From positions 2,742 through 66,741 of the forward strand of contig CANFLQ010000003.1 in the NCBI GenBank assembly GCA_947447995.1: DNA of 64,000 nucleotides, in the 5' to 3' direction. The stretch comes from Bacteroidota bacterium. GTDB lineage: Bacteria; Bacteroidota; Bacteroidia; 2-12-FULL-35-15. Below the pieces are notes generated by a model. That model saw nothing but the letters and a program-made list of their open reading frames with translations. It was not told the DNA's origin and searched no databases. The translations under genes and the position numbers were made by a program. Shown here one piece after another: positions 1 to 13,236 of this stretch (its first letter is position 1; each line of letters begins with the position of its first letter).

Positions 1-2235
1 ACGCAAAGTTATTTCGCCGGTCATGGCTAAATTCTTTTTCACTTTGCGTTGTGTAAATGCAGAAGCCAATGCTGTTAACATGGTAATACCTGCGCTTGGT
101 CCATCCTTAGGTGTAGCGCCTTCTGGCACGTGTATGTGTATGTTCCATTGGTCAAATACTTCCGGTTTTAAACCCAAGATGCTGCTGTGGGATCTTAAAT
201 ATTCCAAAGCTATTACGGCTGATTCTTTCATCACATCCCCCAAATTACCTGTTAAGGTTAACTTTCCTGTACCGCGTGTAATGCTGGTTTCAATAAATAA
301 AATATCACCACCCACGGAAGTCCATGCAAGACCTGTTACCACTCCGGCAACATCGTTGCCTTGGTAGCGGTCTTTTGCATGTGCAGGTCCTAATATTTTT
401 ACGAGCTCTTTTTCGGCAACATTAACGCTGTATTTTTGATCCATAGCAATGGATTTAGCAGCATTACGTACAATTTTGGCAATTACTTTTTCCAAACCAC
501 GTACACCCGATTCCCGTGTGTAGTTTTCAATAAGGTATTCCAAAATGTTTTTGTTCAACACCAATTGGTCTTTTTTCAAACCTTGTTCTTTAATTTGTTT
601 TGGCAACAAATGGCGTTTAGCAATTTCCAGTTTTTCCTCGATGGTATAACCTGAAATTTCTATGATCTCCATTCTGTCGCGCAAAGCAGGCTGAATAGAA
701 CTTAAAGAATTAGCGGTAGCCACAAACATTACATTAGACAAATCATAATCCAACTCTACATAATTATCGTAAAAGGCTTTGTTTTGTTCAGGATCCAATA
801 CTTCCAGCAATGCTGAAGATGGGTCGCCATGAAACTCATTTACCACTTTATCAATTTCATCTAAAATAAATACAGGGTTGGAAGTCCCTGCCTTTTTAAT
901 GTTTTGAAGCACTCGCCCCGGCATAGCGCCAATATAGGTTTTACGATGTCCGCGAATCTCCGCTTCATCGCGCAAGCCACCTAAACTCATACGTACATAT
1001 TTACGCCCCAGTGCATCAGCAATACTTTTACCTAAAGATGTTTTACCAACGCCCGGAGGTCCGTACAAACAAATGATGGGCGATTTCATATTGCCTTTTA
1101 GCTTCAACACAGCCAAATGTTCAATAATACGTTCCTTCACTTTGTCCATCCCGAAATGATCTTTGTTCAAAATTTTTTCGGCATGTTTCAGGTCAAAATT
1201 ATCTTGGGAGGTTTCGTCCCAAGGCAGATCCAACAATACTTCCAAGTAATTTGTTTGTATGGAATACTCGGCAGCATTGGGATTCATGCGCTCCAGTTTG
1301 GCAATGGATTTTGCAAATGCTTCGGATGCTTCCTTCGACCATTTTTTTGTCTTTGCACGCTCCTTCATATCCAACACATCCTGAGCAAAGTTGGTTTCAC
1401 CCAACTCTTCCTGAATGGTTTTCATTTGCTGATGCAAAAAATAATCACGTTGTTGTTTGTCCAGATCAACCTTTACTTTGGATTGAATTTGATTTTTCAA
1501 TTCCAGCATTTGCAATTCCTTGGTAAGATGCGACAATACCATTGTTGCTCTTTCTTTAAGATCAGCTACTTCCAACATCGTTTGCTTTTCGGCAACAGAT
1601 GCATTCATATTGGACGAAATGAAGTTGACCAAAAACGAAGGACTTTCGATGTTGCGCAATGCAAAACCTGCTTCACTAGGTATAAGTGGACTTAATTTAA
1701 TGATCTGTAATGCCAAATCCTTTAAGGAAGATGTAAGTGCAAGAAATTCCTGATCGTCCTTAACAGGAGTAGTTTCAACAAATGCAGTTATTGCAGCCTT
1801 TATATACGGATCTGTTTGTTTTACTTCTTTTAATTCAAAACGGCGTTTACCCTGAATGATAACGGTGGTATTGCCATCGGGCATACGCAACATTTTAATG
1901 ATATGTGCTACCGTTCCAATTTTATTAAGGTCTTCCACGTTTGGATCCTCAATGGTATCATTCTTTTGAGATACTACACCTATTATTTTATCGCCTTTGT
2001 AGGCATCTTTAATCAGGTTTATGGATTTATCCCTGCCCACGGTAATAGGAATTACCACGCCTGGAAATAAAACGGTATTGCGTAGTGGTAAAATTGACAG
2101 TTCATCGGGTACCTTTTCCGAATTCATTTGATCTTCATCTTCGGAAGAAAGTAAAGGAATAAACTCGGTATCCTCATCCATTAAAGAATCGCTAAGCATT
2201 GGTACTAAACCGTTTAAATCAAAATTATCAGTCAT
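1..2235 (-). CDS. lon: ATP-dependent protease Lon; N-terminus complete, C-terminal end runs off the window start
   Basis: Absent from the ORF track because it is truncated. My minus-strand translation from the ATG at 2235 gives [14 protein letters not shown]... It contains Walker [14 protein letters not shown] (about 1040-1080) and the catalytic-serine motif [11 protein letters not shown] (about 85-125). The frame stays open to base 1. All + strand ORFs at 23-1753 are antisense shadows. Confidence 0.95.
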   Translation of the reverse strand, partial: MTDNFDLNGLVPMLSDSLMDEDTEFIPLLSSEDEDQMNSEKVPDELSILPLRNTVLFPGVVIPITVGRDKSINLIKDAYKGDKIIGVVSQKNDTIEDPNVEDLNKIGTVAHIIKMLRMPDGNTTVIIQGKRRFELKEVKQTDPYIKAAITAFVETTPVKDDQEFLALTSSLKDLALQIIKLSPLIPSEAGFALRNIESPSFLVNFISSNMNASVAEKQTMLEVADLKERATMVLSHLTKELQMLELKNQIQSKVKVDLDKQQRDYFLHQQMKTIQEELGETNFAQDVLDMKERAKTKKWSKEASEAFAKSIAKLERMNPNAAEYSIQTNYLEVLLDLPWDETSQDNFDLKHAEKILNKDHFGMDKVKERIIEHLAVLKLKGNMKSPIICLYGPPGVGKTSLGKSIADALGRKYVRMSLGGLRDEAEIRGHRKTYIGAMPGRVLQNIKKAGTSNPVFILDEIDKVVNEFHGDPSSALLEVLDPEQNKAFYDNYVELDYDLSNVMFVATANSLSSIQPALRDRMEIIEISGYTIEEKLEIAKRHLLPKQIKEQGLKKDQLVLNKNILEYLIENYTRESGVRGLEKVIAKIVRNAAKSIAMDQKYSVNVAEKELVKILGPAHAKDRYQGNDVAGVVTGLAWTSVGGDILFIETSITRGTGKLTLTGNLGDVMKESAVIALEYLRSHSSILGLKPEVFDQWNIHIHVPEGATPKDGPSAGITMLTALASAFTQRKVKKNLAMTGEITLR

Positions 2236-2340
2236 ATATAGTAGGTAATTTAGTTCGAAAAATAAAATAATTACAGGGTATTTTCAATTGCTATGCCAAG
2301 GGGGAAATTGGGACAATTTGGCATTAAGTGATTTTAAAAA

Positions 2341-2446
2341 AATGGAACGCGGATGACACGGATTGAGCGGATTTACACAGATAAAAAAGAGGTTTAAAAA
2401 TTTAATCCTTTTTAATTCGCTTAATTCGCCCAATCCGCGTTCCATT
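2341..2446. repeat. Long imperfect palindrome (REP-like) between the small membrane protein gene and lon
   Basis: Left arm 2341-2372 is aatggaacgcggatgacacggattgagcggat. The reverse complement of right arm 2415-2446 is aatggaacgcggattgggcgaattaagcgaat. The first 14 nt are perfect and 25/32 match overall. Three further mismatches would be G-U pairs in a + strand RNA. The AT-rich centre is also roughly palindromic. Confidence 0.7.
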
Positions 2447-2449
2447 AAC

Positions 2450-2689
2450 TTATGCTTTATTCTCCTTTACCAGATAATAGCCATTAATGCAAACTATGCA
2501 CGCATTGGTAAGTATTATAGGAATAGAATTGTTGAGCAATACGCCATATACAATAAAGGTTCCGCTACCAATGATGCTTCCAACCCTTAGCTTTTTAATG
2601 TCTTTCATTAAAAAAGAACTTAAAACCAATACAGAACCTATATAACCGATAATTTCGGTATTAGAAAAATTTAAAATAGTTACAATCAT
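2450..2689 (-). CDS. Small (79 aa) three-helix integral membrane protein, possibly YgjV/CBU_0592-like
   Basis: ATG start and three hydrophobic segments (IIGYIGSVLVLSSFL, GSIIGSGTFIVYGVLL, IPIILTNACIVCINGYYL). The family name is recalled from memory only. Confidence 0.55.
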   Translation of the reverse strand: MIVTILNFSNTEIIGYIGSVLVLSSFLMKDIKKLRVGSIIGSGTFIVYGVLLNNSIPIILTNACIVCINGYYLVKENKA

Positions 2690-2694
2690 AAAAT

Positions 2695-3879
2695 TTATTT
2701 CCTGTATTTTTCGGTAATTTCAAAAACGTGTTTTAAAATTTCCTTTTCTGTTTCATTAAATACCAATCCTCTGCGTTCAAAAACACGGTTCGCTACCTCT
2801 AATGCATCGTTCAATTTATATGTTGTAAAACCAGCAGTTCCGCCCCAAAAAAATGATGGAATAAAATTAGGTGGGTAGCCCGATCCAAATATATTAGCGT
2901 TTACGCCAACAACAGTTCCTGTATTAAACATGGTATTAATTCCACATTTACTATGGTCACCCATTATTAATCCGCAAAAAGTTAAGCCTGTATTCACAAA
3001 ACGCTCATCTTTATAATTCCAAAGTTTTACTTGAGAATAATTGTTTTTAAGATTAGAATTGTTGCTGTCTGCCCCAATATTGCACCATTCGCCCAAAACG
3101 GAGTTCCCTAAAAAACCATCGTGTCCTTTATTAGAATAGCCAAAAATTACGGAATTATTTACCTCTCCTCCTACTTTGCTATGCGGACCAATAGTAGTTG
3201 CCCCGTATATTTTTGCACCTAATTTTAAAGCGGAATGTTCGCACAAAGCCAATGGACCACGAACTATAGAACCTTCCATTACTTCGGCATCTTTACCAAT
3301 ATAAATTGGACCTGTACTTGCATTTAAAATGGCACATTCAATTTTTGCCCCCTCTTCCACAAAAATATTTTCTTTACCAATTACCTGATTGGTTGCGCTT
3401 ATCGGTTGCGATTTTCTGCCGTTGGTAATGAGTGTAAAATCTGATATGATGGCAGTCTCGTTCTTTGAAAAAATATCCCAGGGGTTTTCAATATGTAAGG
3501 CTGATGCTTGAGATTCAACGAATGAGTAACCACTCACAGCATTTACATCGTTAATTTTATTAGTTCCTGAATTGATGGCTATAGTAACATTTGAAGATAC
3601 CAATGCCTGACCACTTTTTAACGCCTTTATTTCCTTTTCCAAAACTTCATTCGGACAAAATGAGCCGTTTATCCACATATTTTCAGCATCATTTACCCAC
3701 TTTAATGGAAATTTATTAGCCAAATACTCCTCTGTTTTTGATGAAGTGATTGTGTTCAATACTTTCTCCCATTTTTCACGGATGGTTAATATACCTATCC
3801 TCAGATCAGCTACAGGACGGGTAAAAGTAAGTGGCAATAAGTTTATTCTATTATTATCGTCAAATAAAATATAGTTCAT
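2695..3879 (-). CDS. GlmU-family / putative sugar nucleotidyltransferase with a left-handed beta-helix (hexapeptide) C-terminal half
   Basis: 394 aa. Hexapeptide-repeat region (IGKDAEVMEGSIVRGPLALCEHSALKLGAKIYGATTIGPHSKVGGEVNNSVIFG...). The N-terminus MNYILFDD..LLPLTFTRPVADLRIG is typical of the Bacteroidota GlmU-family protein. Confidence 0.7.
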   Translation of the reverse strand: MNYILFDDNNRINLLPLTFTRPVADLRIGILTIREKWEKVLNTITSSKTEEYLANKFPLKWVNDAENMWINGSFCPNEVLEKEIKALKSGQALVSSNVTIAINSGTNKINDVNAVSGYSFVESQASALHIENPWDIFSKNETAIISDFTLITNGRKSQPISATNQVIGKENIFVEEGAKIECAILNASTGPIYIGKDAEVMEGSIVRGPLALCEHSALKLGAKIYGATTIGPHSKVGGEVNNSVIFGYSNKGHDGFLGNSVLGEWCNIGADSNNSNLKNNYSQVKLWNYKDERFVNTGLTFCGLIMGDHSKCGINTMFNTGTVVGVNANIFGSGYPPNFIPSFFWGGTAGFTTYKLNDALEVANRVFERRGLVFNETEKEILKHVFEITEKYRK

Positions 3880-3907
3880 TTTTAATTCTATTAAATTTTA
3901 ACATTAC

Positions 3908-3977
3908 CGTCATTGAGAGGAACGAAGCAATCTCTAAAAACAAATCAATAAATATTGCTTAGTTCCTCGCAATGACG
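3908..3977. repeat. Intergenic hairpin / REP-like inverted repeat with 24-nt arms
   Basis: cgtcattgagaggaacgaagcaat (3908-3931) pairs with attgcttagttcctcgcaatgacg (3954-3977) at 22/24 positions, with a 22-nt loop. It lies between the stop of ORF 3985-4554 and the start of ORF 2695-3879. Confidence 0.75.
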
Positions 3978-3984
3978 CGGTTAA

Positions 3985-7513
<3,529 letters not shown>

Positions 7514-7565
7514 TTACGCAAAAATAGAAATTCTTCTGCTTAAAAATGCTAAATTTGAATTCGAT

Positions 7566-8615
7566 ATGAACAATGACGAAAAATACATGAGGCATAGCCT
7601 TGACCTTGCAGTGAAAGGTTTGGGAAATGTTGCACCCAACCCAATGGTTGGTTGTGTAATTGTTTGTGACGAAACCATTATTGGTGAAGGTTATCACAAG
7701 CAATACGGACAAGCACATGCCGAAGTAAACGCCATCAATTCTGTTGAAAATAAAGAACTATTAAAAACAGCTACTCTATATGTAAACCTAGAACCCTGCT
7801 CACACTTTGGTAAAACACCACCTTGCTGTGATTTAATCATCAAATATAAAATCCCGGTAGTGGTGATTGGTAATATTGATACCAATCCGCTTGTTGCAGG
7901 AAAAGGCATAAAAAAATTAAAAGATGCCGGTATTGACGTAAAATCAGGCATTTTAGAAGTCGAATGTAAAAAGCTAAACAAACGTTTTTTCACTTTTCAC
8001 GAAAAAAAACGTCCTTACATTATATTAAAATGGGCTCAATCTGCTGATAGTTTTATTGATACAAAACGTGATGAAGAACATAAAGGTATCCCTATTCAAA
8101 TAAGCAATTCGGATTCAAAAAAATTACTACACCTGTGGCGCAGTCAGGAACAGGCTATAATGGTTGGTACTAACACCGCTTTGCTCGACAATCCTAAATT
8201 AACGGCAAGAGGCGTTGAAGGAAAAAATCCACTACGTATTACCATCGATAAATGGTTACGCATACCTAAACATTTTAATCTTTTCGATAAAACTGCACCT
8301 ACGCTTATTTTTACGGCAATGGATGCCGAATCTCAAACCAATTTAGAATATGTAAAAATTGATTTTGAACAAGCTGTTATCCCACAAATATTGCAGGAAT
8401 TATATAATAGAAACATTCAATCCCTTATAGTAGAAGGTGGTGAACGGATACTCAACAATTTTATAGATTTAAATCTTTGGGATTCTGCTCGTGTATTTAT
8501 TGCCGAAAAAAAATTATTAAAAGGAGTAAATGCTCCTGTATTAAATGGACTGCCTGTAGTGAAAGAAAATATTAGCGGTGATAAATTATTGTTTTATTTG
8601 AATGACAAATTATGA
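7566..8615 (+). CDS. ribD: Bifunctional riboflavin biosynthesis protein RibD (pyrimidine deaminase/reductase)
   Basis: Deaminase zinc motifs HAEVNAI and LEPCSHFGKTPPCC, plus a reductase C-terminal domain. The track start at 7497 is TTG and overlaps prmC. The ATG at 7566 (MNNDEKYMRHSLDLA) fits the family N-terminus. Confidence 0.92.
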   Translation: MNNDEKYMRHSLDLAVKGLGNVAPNPMVGCVIVCDETIIGEGYHKQYGQAHAEVNAINSVENKELLKTATLYVNLEPCSHFGKTPPCCDLIIKYKIPVVVIGNIDTNPLVAGKGIKKLKDAGIDVKSGILEVECKKLNKRFFTFHEKKRPYIILKWAQSADSFIDTKRDEEHKGIPIQISNSDSKKLLHLWRSQEQAIMVGTNTALLDNPKLTARGVEGKNPLRITIDKWLRIPKHFNLFDKTAPTLIFTAMDAESQTNLEYVKIDFEQAVIPQILQELYNRNIQSLIVEGGERILNNFIDLNLWDSARVFIAEKKLLKGVNAPVLNGLPVVKENISGDKLLFYLNDKL

Positions 8616-9523
8616 AACTATTAAAACAAATGTGTGCCATTCATGCTCCTTCGGGCAACGAAGTAGCAATGACAGATTTCCTTTTATCTTACATCAATAA
8701 GAACAAAAAAAAATGGAAAGTTCAACCTCAAGTATTTTCAGGAGAAGGATTTCAGGATTGTATCATTTTGGTATTTGGGAAACCAAGAACGGCTATTTTT
8801 GCTCATATTGATAGTATTGGATTTACTGTGAGATACGACAATGAATTGATAAAAATTGGTGGTCCCAGAACTGAAACCGGCTTCGAATTAGTTGGCGAAG
8901 ACAGCAAAGGAAACATTGATTGCAAACTGCACTTTGATAAACATAACAACATTACTTACAAATATAAAAGAGAAATTGACAGAGGAACCGCGTTAACATT
9001 TAAACCCAATTGGAGAGAAACTAAAGAGTTTGTACAATGTTGTTATATGGATAACAGATTGGGAGTTTGGAATGCTTTACAAGTTGCGGAAACATTAAAA
9101 GATGGCATAGTCGTTTTTTCTTGTTGGGAAGAACATGGAGGAGGAAGTGTATCATATCTGCAAAAATTCATTTACGAGAAGTACAAAGTAAAACAAGCGC
9201 TTATTTCTGATATTACATGGGTGACCAAAGGTGTGCCTCATGGCAAAGGAGTTGTTATATCCTTACGTGATAGTTTAATTCCAAGAAAAAGCTATGTAGA
9301 TAAAATAATAGAAATCGCTAAAAAGTCAAAAGTGCCATATCAACTGGAAGTAGAAGGCACAGGAGGAAGTGATGCGAAAGAATTGCAAATGTCCGAACAC
9401 CCTTGGGACTGGTGTTTTATCGGCGCGCCAGAAGATCATGTACATTCTCCAAACGAAAAAGTATTCAAAAAAGACATTGAAGCAATGGTAGATTTATATA
9501 AAGTATTGATGGAGAAAATGTAA
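8612..9523 (+). CDS. M42-family metallopeptidase (aminopeptidase/endoglucanase-like)
   Basis: N-terminus LLKQMCAIHAPSGNE, metal-ligand contexts FAHIDSIGF, DNRLGVW, WEEHGGGS and GGSDAKE. The ATG overlaps the ribD stop (ATGA). Confidence 0.75.
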   Translation: MKLLKQMCAIHAPSGNEVAMTDFLLSYINKNKKKWKVQPQVFSGEGFQDCIILVFGKPRTAIFAHIDSIGFTVRYDNELIKIGGPRTETGFELVGEDSKGNIDCKLHFDKHNNITYKYKREIDRGTALTFKPNWRETKEFVQCCYMDNRLGVWNALQVAETLKDGIVVFSCWEEHGGGSVSYLQKFIYEKYKVKQALISDITWVTKGVPHGKGVVISLRDSLIPRKSYVDKIIEIAKKSKVPYQLEVEGTGGSDAKELQMSEHPWDWCFIGAPEDHVHSPNEKVFKKDIEAMVDLYKVLMEKM

Positions 9524-9560
9524 TAAAAAAAAAGCGTCTCTTTTTATCTAGAGGCGCTTT
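9524..9560. terminator. Bidirectional intrinsic terminator between convergent genes
   Basis: A-run, stem AAGCGTCTC / GAGGCGCTT (one mismatch), then T-rich. Lies between the stops at 9523 (+) and 9583 (-). Confidence 0.65.
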
Positions 9561-9582
9561 GTGATGTTATAGTATTTTTACT

Positions 9583-10242
9583 TTAAAACTTATAGGCAGC
9601 TCCAAAACCAATAGTTTCACCCATACCTCCCAAACTAACTGTTGTGTTAGTAGGAATCAAATTTTTATTATAATTATTAGAAAATGTTAAACTAGGATAA
9701 ACATAATTTATAAAACCTAAGTTTACAAATAATGCAAAATGATCTGTCAAATAAAAACGAGGTGTAAGCATAAAACCGTTATTTGCACCATTATCTTTTA
9801 CTACTGTATTAAAACTATCGTTGTATTTTATATTAATGTTAGAAACACCTAAAAAAAGTGAAATGGGCATTTCAAACCGTTTTGTTTTTATAAAATGGAA
9901 ATTCAAAACAAAATCAAAATCAATCCCCCTATTACTCTTTGCGGAATCGAAATAATTTGAATACGCAAAACGTGCTCCCAATCCAAACCAATTACTGAAA
10001 CCATATTCAGCCTGAATTGGTACAATTATAGAGGTTGCTGATTCTTTTTTGTCAAAATCTTTTTTATTATTTCCAACTACAATGGTTTCTCGCCTTAAGG
10101 TTTTATATCCTGCAACTCCTATTCCGACATCAACAATAATATTCCCTGGCTCAAATATAGTACTCTTACTCTTAGCTTTATCTTGAGCATTAGTAGTTCC
10201 CGAAACAATAAATGCGGATGCTATTAGTATTATTTTTTTCAT
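9583..10242 (-). CDS. Outer-membrane beta-barrel protein (porin-family, 219 aa)
   Basis: Signal peptide MKKIILIASAFIVSGTTNA, alternating beta-strand pattern and a C-terminal aromatic residue (GAAYKF). Confidence 0.75.
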   Translation of the reverse strand: MKKIILIASAFIVSGTTNAQDKAKSKSTIFEPGNIIVDVGIGVAGYKTLRRETIVVGNNKKDFDKKESATSIIVPIQAEYGFSNWFGLGARFAYSNYFDSAKSNRGIDFDFVLNFHFIKTKRFEMPISLFLGVSNINIKYNDSFNTVVKDNGANNGFMLTPRFYLTDHFALFVNLGFINYVYPSLTFSNNYNKNLIPTNTTVSLGGMGETIGFGAAYKF

Positions 10243-10582
10243 ATTGACACATTACATTTATCAAAAATAATTTTACATTTTAATAAAGTTAACATATATT
10301 TTTTAATATTAAAACATTTTTTGGATAAAGTAAGTAGTTACTATTATCAATACGATACCTAAGAAGTTTAAAATAAATTGCAGTAGGCTATAATTTTACC
10401 ATATTATAAATTCTTTTTTGCTTGAATTTCACAAATTTAAGAATTGAACTGAAATTCTTTTTAGTTTTGAAACGGAAAGTCTAACCTTATTAAAAATGGC
10501 TGTAATTAAAACAATTTGAGATAAGAGAATAAAAAAAATAGACGTTATAAAGTAGTAATCAGAAATTAAAAGATATAAAAAA

Positions 10583-11557
10583 ATGAGAATAGTTTTTATG
10601 GGAACGCCGGAGTTTGCTGTGCAGTCGTTAGATATTCTCTTGCGAAATAATTACACTATTGTTGCCGTAATAACAGTTCCTGACAAGCCCGCAGGGCGTG
10701 GACAACAAATCCAACAATCGGCAGTAAAAAAATATGCAGTTGAAAAAGGCTTAACTATTCTTCAACCCGATAAATTAAAAAATGAAGATTTTATCCAACA
10801 ATTAAAAAAACTCAAAGCTGATTTGCAAATTGTTGTAGCATTCCGAATGTTACCAGAAGTAATTTGGAATATGCCACCATTAGGCACTATTAACCTACAT
10901 GGCTCATTATTACCGCAATACAGAGGTGCTGCGCCTATCAATTGGGCAATCATCAATGGAGAAAAGGAAACAGGAGTATCTACATTTTTTTTACAACACG
11001 AAATTGATACCGGTAAAATTATATTTCAAGAAAAAATGCCAATCAATGATAATGAAACCGCGGGTGATATCCATGATAGACTTATGCTGATTGGAGCTAA
11101 ACTGATTTTAAAAACCGTGCAAGCAGTTGAAAATGGGGGGTATCCTCAAATAGACCAAGCGACATTAATTGCCCCTGATATTGAAATTAAGAATGCTCCT
11201 AAAATTTTTAAAGACGATTGTAAAATTGATTGGAACAAATCAATAGATGAAATACACAATTTTATTTGTGGCTTAAGTCCATACCCTACAGCATTTACAG
11301 AGCTTTTATCACCGGACGGAAATAACATCACGTTAAAGATATTTAATTGCAAAAAAGAATATGCGGAAAACGATATGGAATACTCCACTCTTAACAGTGA
11401 TTCTAAAAGCTATCTAAAGCTTACTGTTAAAGGGGGATACATACATATTACTGATTTGCAATTGGCCGGAAAAAAGCGAATGTTAATACACGATTTTCTA
11501 AGAGGATTTCAATTTAATACCAATTGGAAAATAAATTCGTCGAAAATTAGTTCTTGA
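10583..11557 (+). CDS. fmt: Methionyl-tRNA formyltransferase
   Basis: MRIVFMGTPEFAV N-terminus and the formyltransferase motif NLHGSLLPQYRGAAPINWAIING. Confidence 0.95.
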   Translation: MRIVFMGTPEFAVQSLDILLRNNYTIVAVITVPDKPAGRGQQIQQSAVKKYAVEKGLTILQPDKLKNEDFIQQLKKLKADLQIVVAFRMLPEVIWNMPPLGTINLHGSLLPQYRGAAPINWAIINGEKETGVSTFFLQHEIDTGKIIFQEKMPINDNETAGDIHDRLMLIGAKLILKTVQAVENGGYPQIDQATLIAPDIEIKNAPKIFKDDCKIDWNKSIDEIHNFICGLSPYPTAFTELLSPDGNNITLKIFNCKKEYAENDMEYSTLNSDSKSYLKLTVKGGYIHITDLQLAGKKRMLIHDFLRGFQFNTNWKINSSKISS

Positions 11558-11737
11558 AATCAATTTCAACAATGCAACTATATATATAGATACAGACATC
11601 TAAATTGCTGTAAGTAAGTATTAAAAACACATTCCATACATACACCCTCTATAACATAGCAATAAGTCCCATTGCAAGTTCGGTTATTAACAAAAATGCG
11701 ACTTATCAACAAAATCACACTTTTTTAGCTTGGAGCA

Positions 11738-11767
11738 TTGCATTATATATGATTTATTGTAAATTTG
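11738..11767 (+). promoter_or_regulatory. Candidate Bacteroidota-type promoter for the HU gene
   Basis: TAAATTTG (11760-11767) matches the TAnnTTTG -7 consensus. A TTG at 11738-11740 lies 19 nt upstream, and the ATG is 44 nt downstream. Confidence 0.4.
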
Positions 11768-11810
11768 TTTTAATAATTAATTAATGTTTAACCCTTAAAA
11801 ACAAATTAAC

Positions 11811-12086
11811 ATGAACAAAGCAGAATTAGTTGACGCTATCTCTACAGAAGCAAAGTTAACAAAAGCAGATGCTGGTAGAGCATTGGAAGCATTCGTAAAC
11901 GCTACAACAAAAGCACTTAAAAAAGGTGACAGAGTTGCGTTAGTTGGTTTCGGTTCATTCTCTATCTCTAAAAGAGCTGCTAGAGTTGGTCGTAACCCTC
12001 AAACAGGAAAAGCTATTAAAATTGCTGCTAAAAAAGTAGCTAAATTTAAAGCTGGTGCTGACTTAGCTAAAACAGTTAACAAGTAA
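11811..12086 (+). CDS. hup: HU-family DNA-binding protein
   Basis: 91 aa. MNKAELVDAIS..., with the arm motif GFGSFSISKRAARVGRNPQTGKAIKI. Confidence 0.95.
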   Translation: MNKAELVDAISTEAKLTKADAGRALEAFVNATTKALKKGDRVALVGFGSFSISKRAARVGRNPQTGKAIKIAAKKVAKFKAGADLAKTVNK

Positions 12087-12104
12087 TTGTCAACTAAGTA
12101 AATA

Positions 12105-12136
12105 AAAAAGTCTCGCAGTAATGCGGGACTTTTTTG
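12105..12136 (+). terminator. Intrinsic terminator after the HU gene
   Basis: AAAAAGTCTCGC-agtaat-GCGGGACTTTTTT (one G-U pair), followed by a T-run. Confidence 0.8.
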
Positions 12137-12170
12137 TTTATATATCTTTACATTCCAAAAATAAAAAACA

Positions 12171-12860
12171 TTGCACTTGAACAATACAAGTATTCAAAAA
12201 GAATTGATAGACTATTTATCAAACTTAATTTCAGAAAACAGAAGAGCTAAATTTGATGAAGTACTCAACTACCGTACGCGTCATATTACGATAGTACTTG
12301 AAGATTTATATCAACCGCATAATGCAAGTGCGGTATTACGCTCCTGCGATATTTTTGGGATACAGGATATTCACGTAATTGAAAATAAAAATGAATATAC
12401 CATTGCCAGAGATATTGCGCTTGGTTCACCCAAATGGTTAAATATCCATAAATATAACGGAACAGAAAACAATACTGTTAATTGCATTAACACGCTTAAA
12501 GAACAAGGGTACCGCATTGTGGCTACCAGTCCGCACAAAAACGGATGCAGCATTGAAGAACTGTCGGTTGAAAAACCTTTAGCATTAATATTTGGAACTG
12601 AATTAACAGGTATTTCAGACGTAGTAGGAGAACATTCGGATGAATTTGTAACAATACCAATGTTTGGTTTTACCGAAAGTTTTAATATTTCAGTATCTGC
12701 CGCCTTGTGTTTACACTCCTTAACAGCTAAACTTCATCAATCAGCTGCTAATTGGCATTTGAGTGAATTAGAAAAACAAGAATTATTGTTGACCTGGTTA
12801 AGAAATTCAATTAGAAGGGTAGAATTAATTGAACAGTATTTTATAAAAAAAAGAACGTAA
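12171..12860 (+). CDS. trmH: SpoU/TrmH-family RNA 2'-O-methyltransferase (TrmH-like)
   Basis: HITIVLEDLYQPHNASAVLRSCDIFG and the C-terminal knot region IFGTELTGIS...IPMFGFTESFNISVSAA. TTG start, with no in-frame ATG near the N-terminus. Confidence 0.8.
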   Translation: MHLNNTSIQKELIDYLSNLISENRRAKFDEVLNYRTRHITIVLEDLYQPHNASAVLRSCDIFGIQDIHVIENKNEYTIARDIALGSPKWLNIHKYNGTENNTVNCINTLKEQGYRIVATSPHKNGCSIEELSVEKPLALIFGTELTGISDVVGEHSDEFVTIPMFGFTESFNISVSAALCLHSLTAKLHQSAANWHLSELEKQELLLTWLRNSIRRVELIEQYFIKKRT

Positions 12861-12887
12861 GAGATGCTACAAACAAAATATTTTTGC

Positions 12888-12918
12888 TTGTTTGTTTTCT
12901 AAAATAGATGTACGTTTG
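12888..12918 (+). promoter_or_regulatory. Candidate Bacteroidota-type promoter for the THX gene
   Basis: TACGTTTG at 12911-12918 (TAnnTTTG). A TTG at 12888-12890 lies 20 nt upstream, and the ATG is 39 nt downstream. Confidence 0.4.
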
Positions 12919-12956
12919 CAAAAAAAATTTAATCAATACAATAAAAAATACATACA

Positions 12957-13154
12957 ATGGGAAAAGGAGATAAAAAAAGCCTTAAAGGCAAGATTACTAT
13001 GGGCTCTCACGGAGTAACCAGACCGTCTAAAAAAAATAAAGCTAAATTGGCAGCTGTAAAAAGAGCTGATGCACCCAAAAAAAACGATTCACCTAAAAAA
13101 ACTGATGAGAAAAAAGCTGCAGCACCTAAAAAAACTGCAAAAAAAGCTGACTAG
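12957..13154 (+). CDS. 30S ribosomal protein THX with a Lys/Ala/Pro-rich C-terminal tail
   Basis: MGKGDKKSLKGKITMGSHGVTRPSKKNK matches the THX N-terminal signature. The rest is a low-complexity basic tail (PKKNDSPKKTDEKKAAAPKKTAKKAD). Confidence 0.8.
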   Translation: MGKGDKKSLKGKITMGSHGVTRPSKKNKAKLAAVKRADAPKKNDSPKKTDEKKAAAPKKTAKKAD

Positions 13155-13167
13155 TTTTTATAATAAT

Positions 13168-13211
13168 AAAAAAATCCCTCATTAAACTTTATTAATGAGG
13201 GATTTTTTTTT
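13168..13211. terminator. Bidirectional intrinsic terminator
   Basis: AAAAAAATCCCTCATTAA-acttta-TTAATGAGGGATTTTTTTTT lies between convergent stops at 13154 (+) and 13237 (-). Confidence 0.85.
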
Positions 13212-13236
13212 GTTATATCTAACTGCATTAAATTAT

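Noticed and set aside
23-1753. Five + strand ORFs (23-367, 436-654, 1117-1695, 1251-1526, 1520-1753)
   Set aside because: They lie antisense to an uninterrupted minus-strand frame that encodes an unmistakable Lon protease. Their translations are low-complexity, Phe/Leu-rich shadow sequences.
7514-7565. Looked for an FMN riboswitch upstream of ribD
   Set aside because: Only about 52 bp separate the divergent prmC and ribD starts, far too short for an FMN aptamer. No conserved FMN-element sequence was seen.
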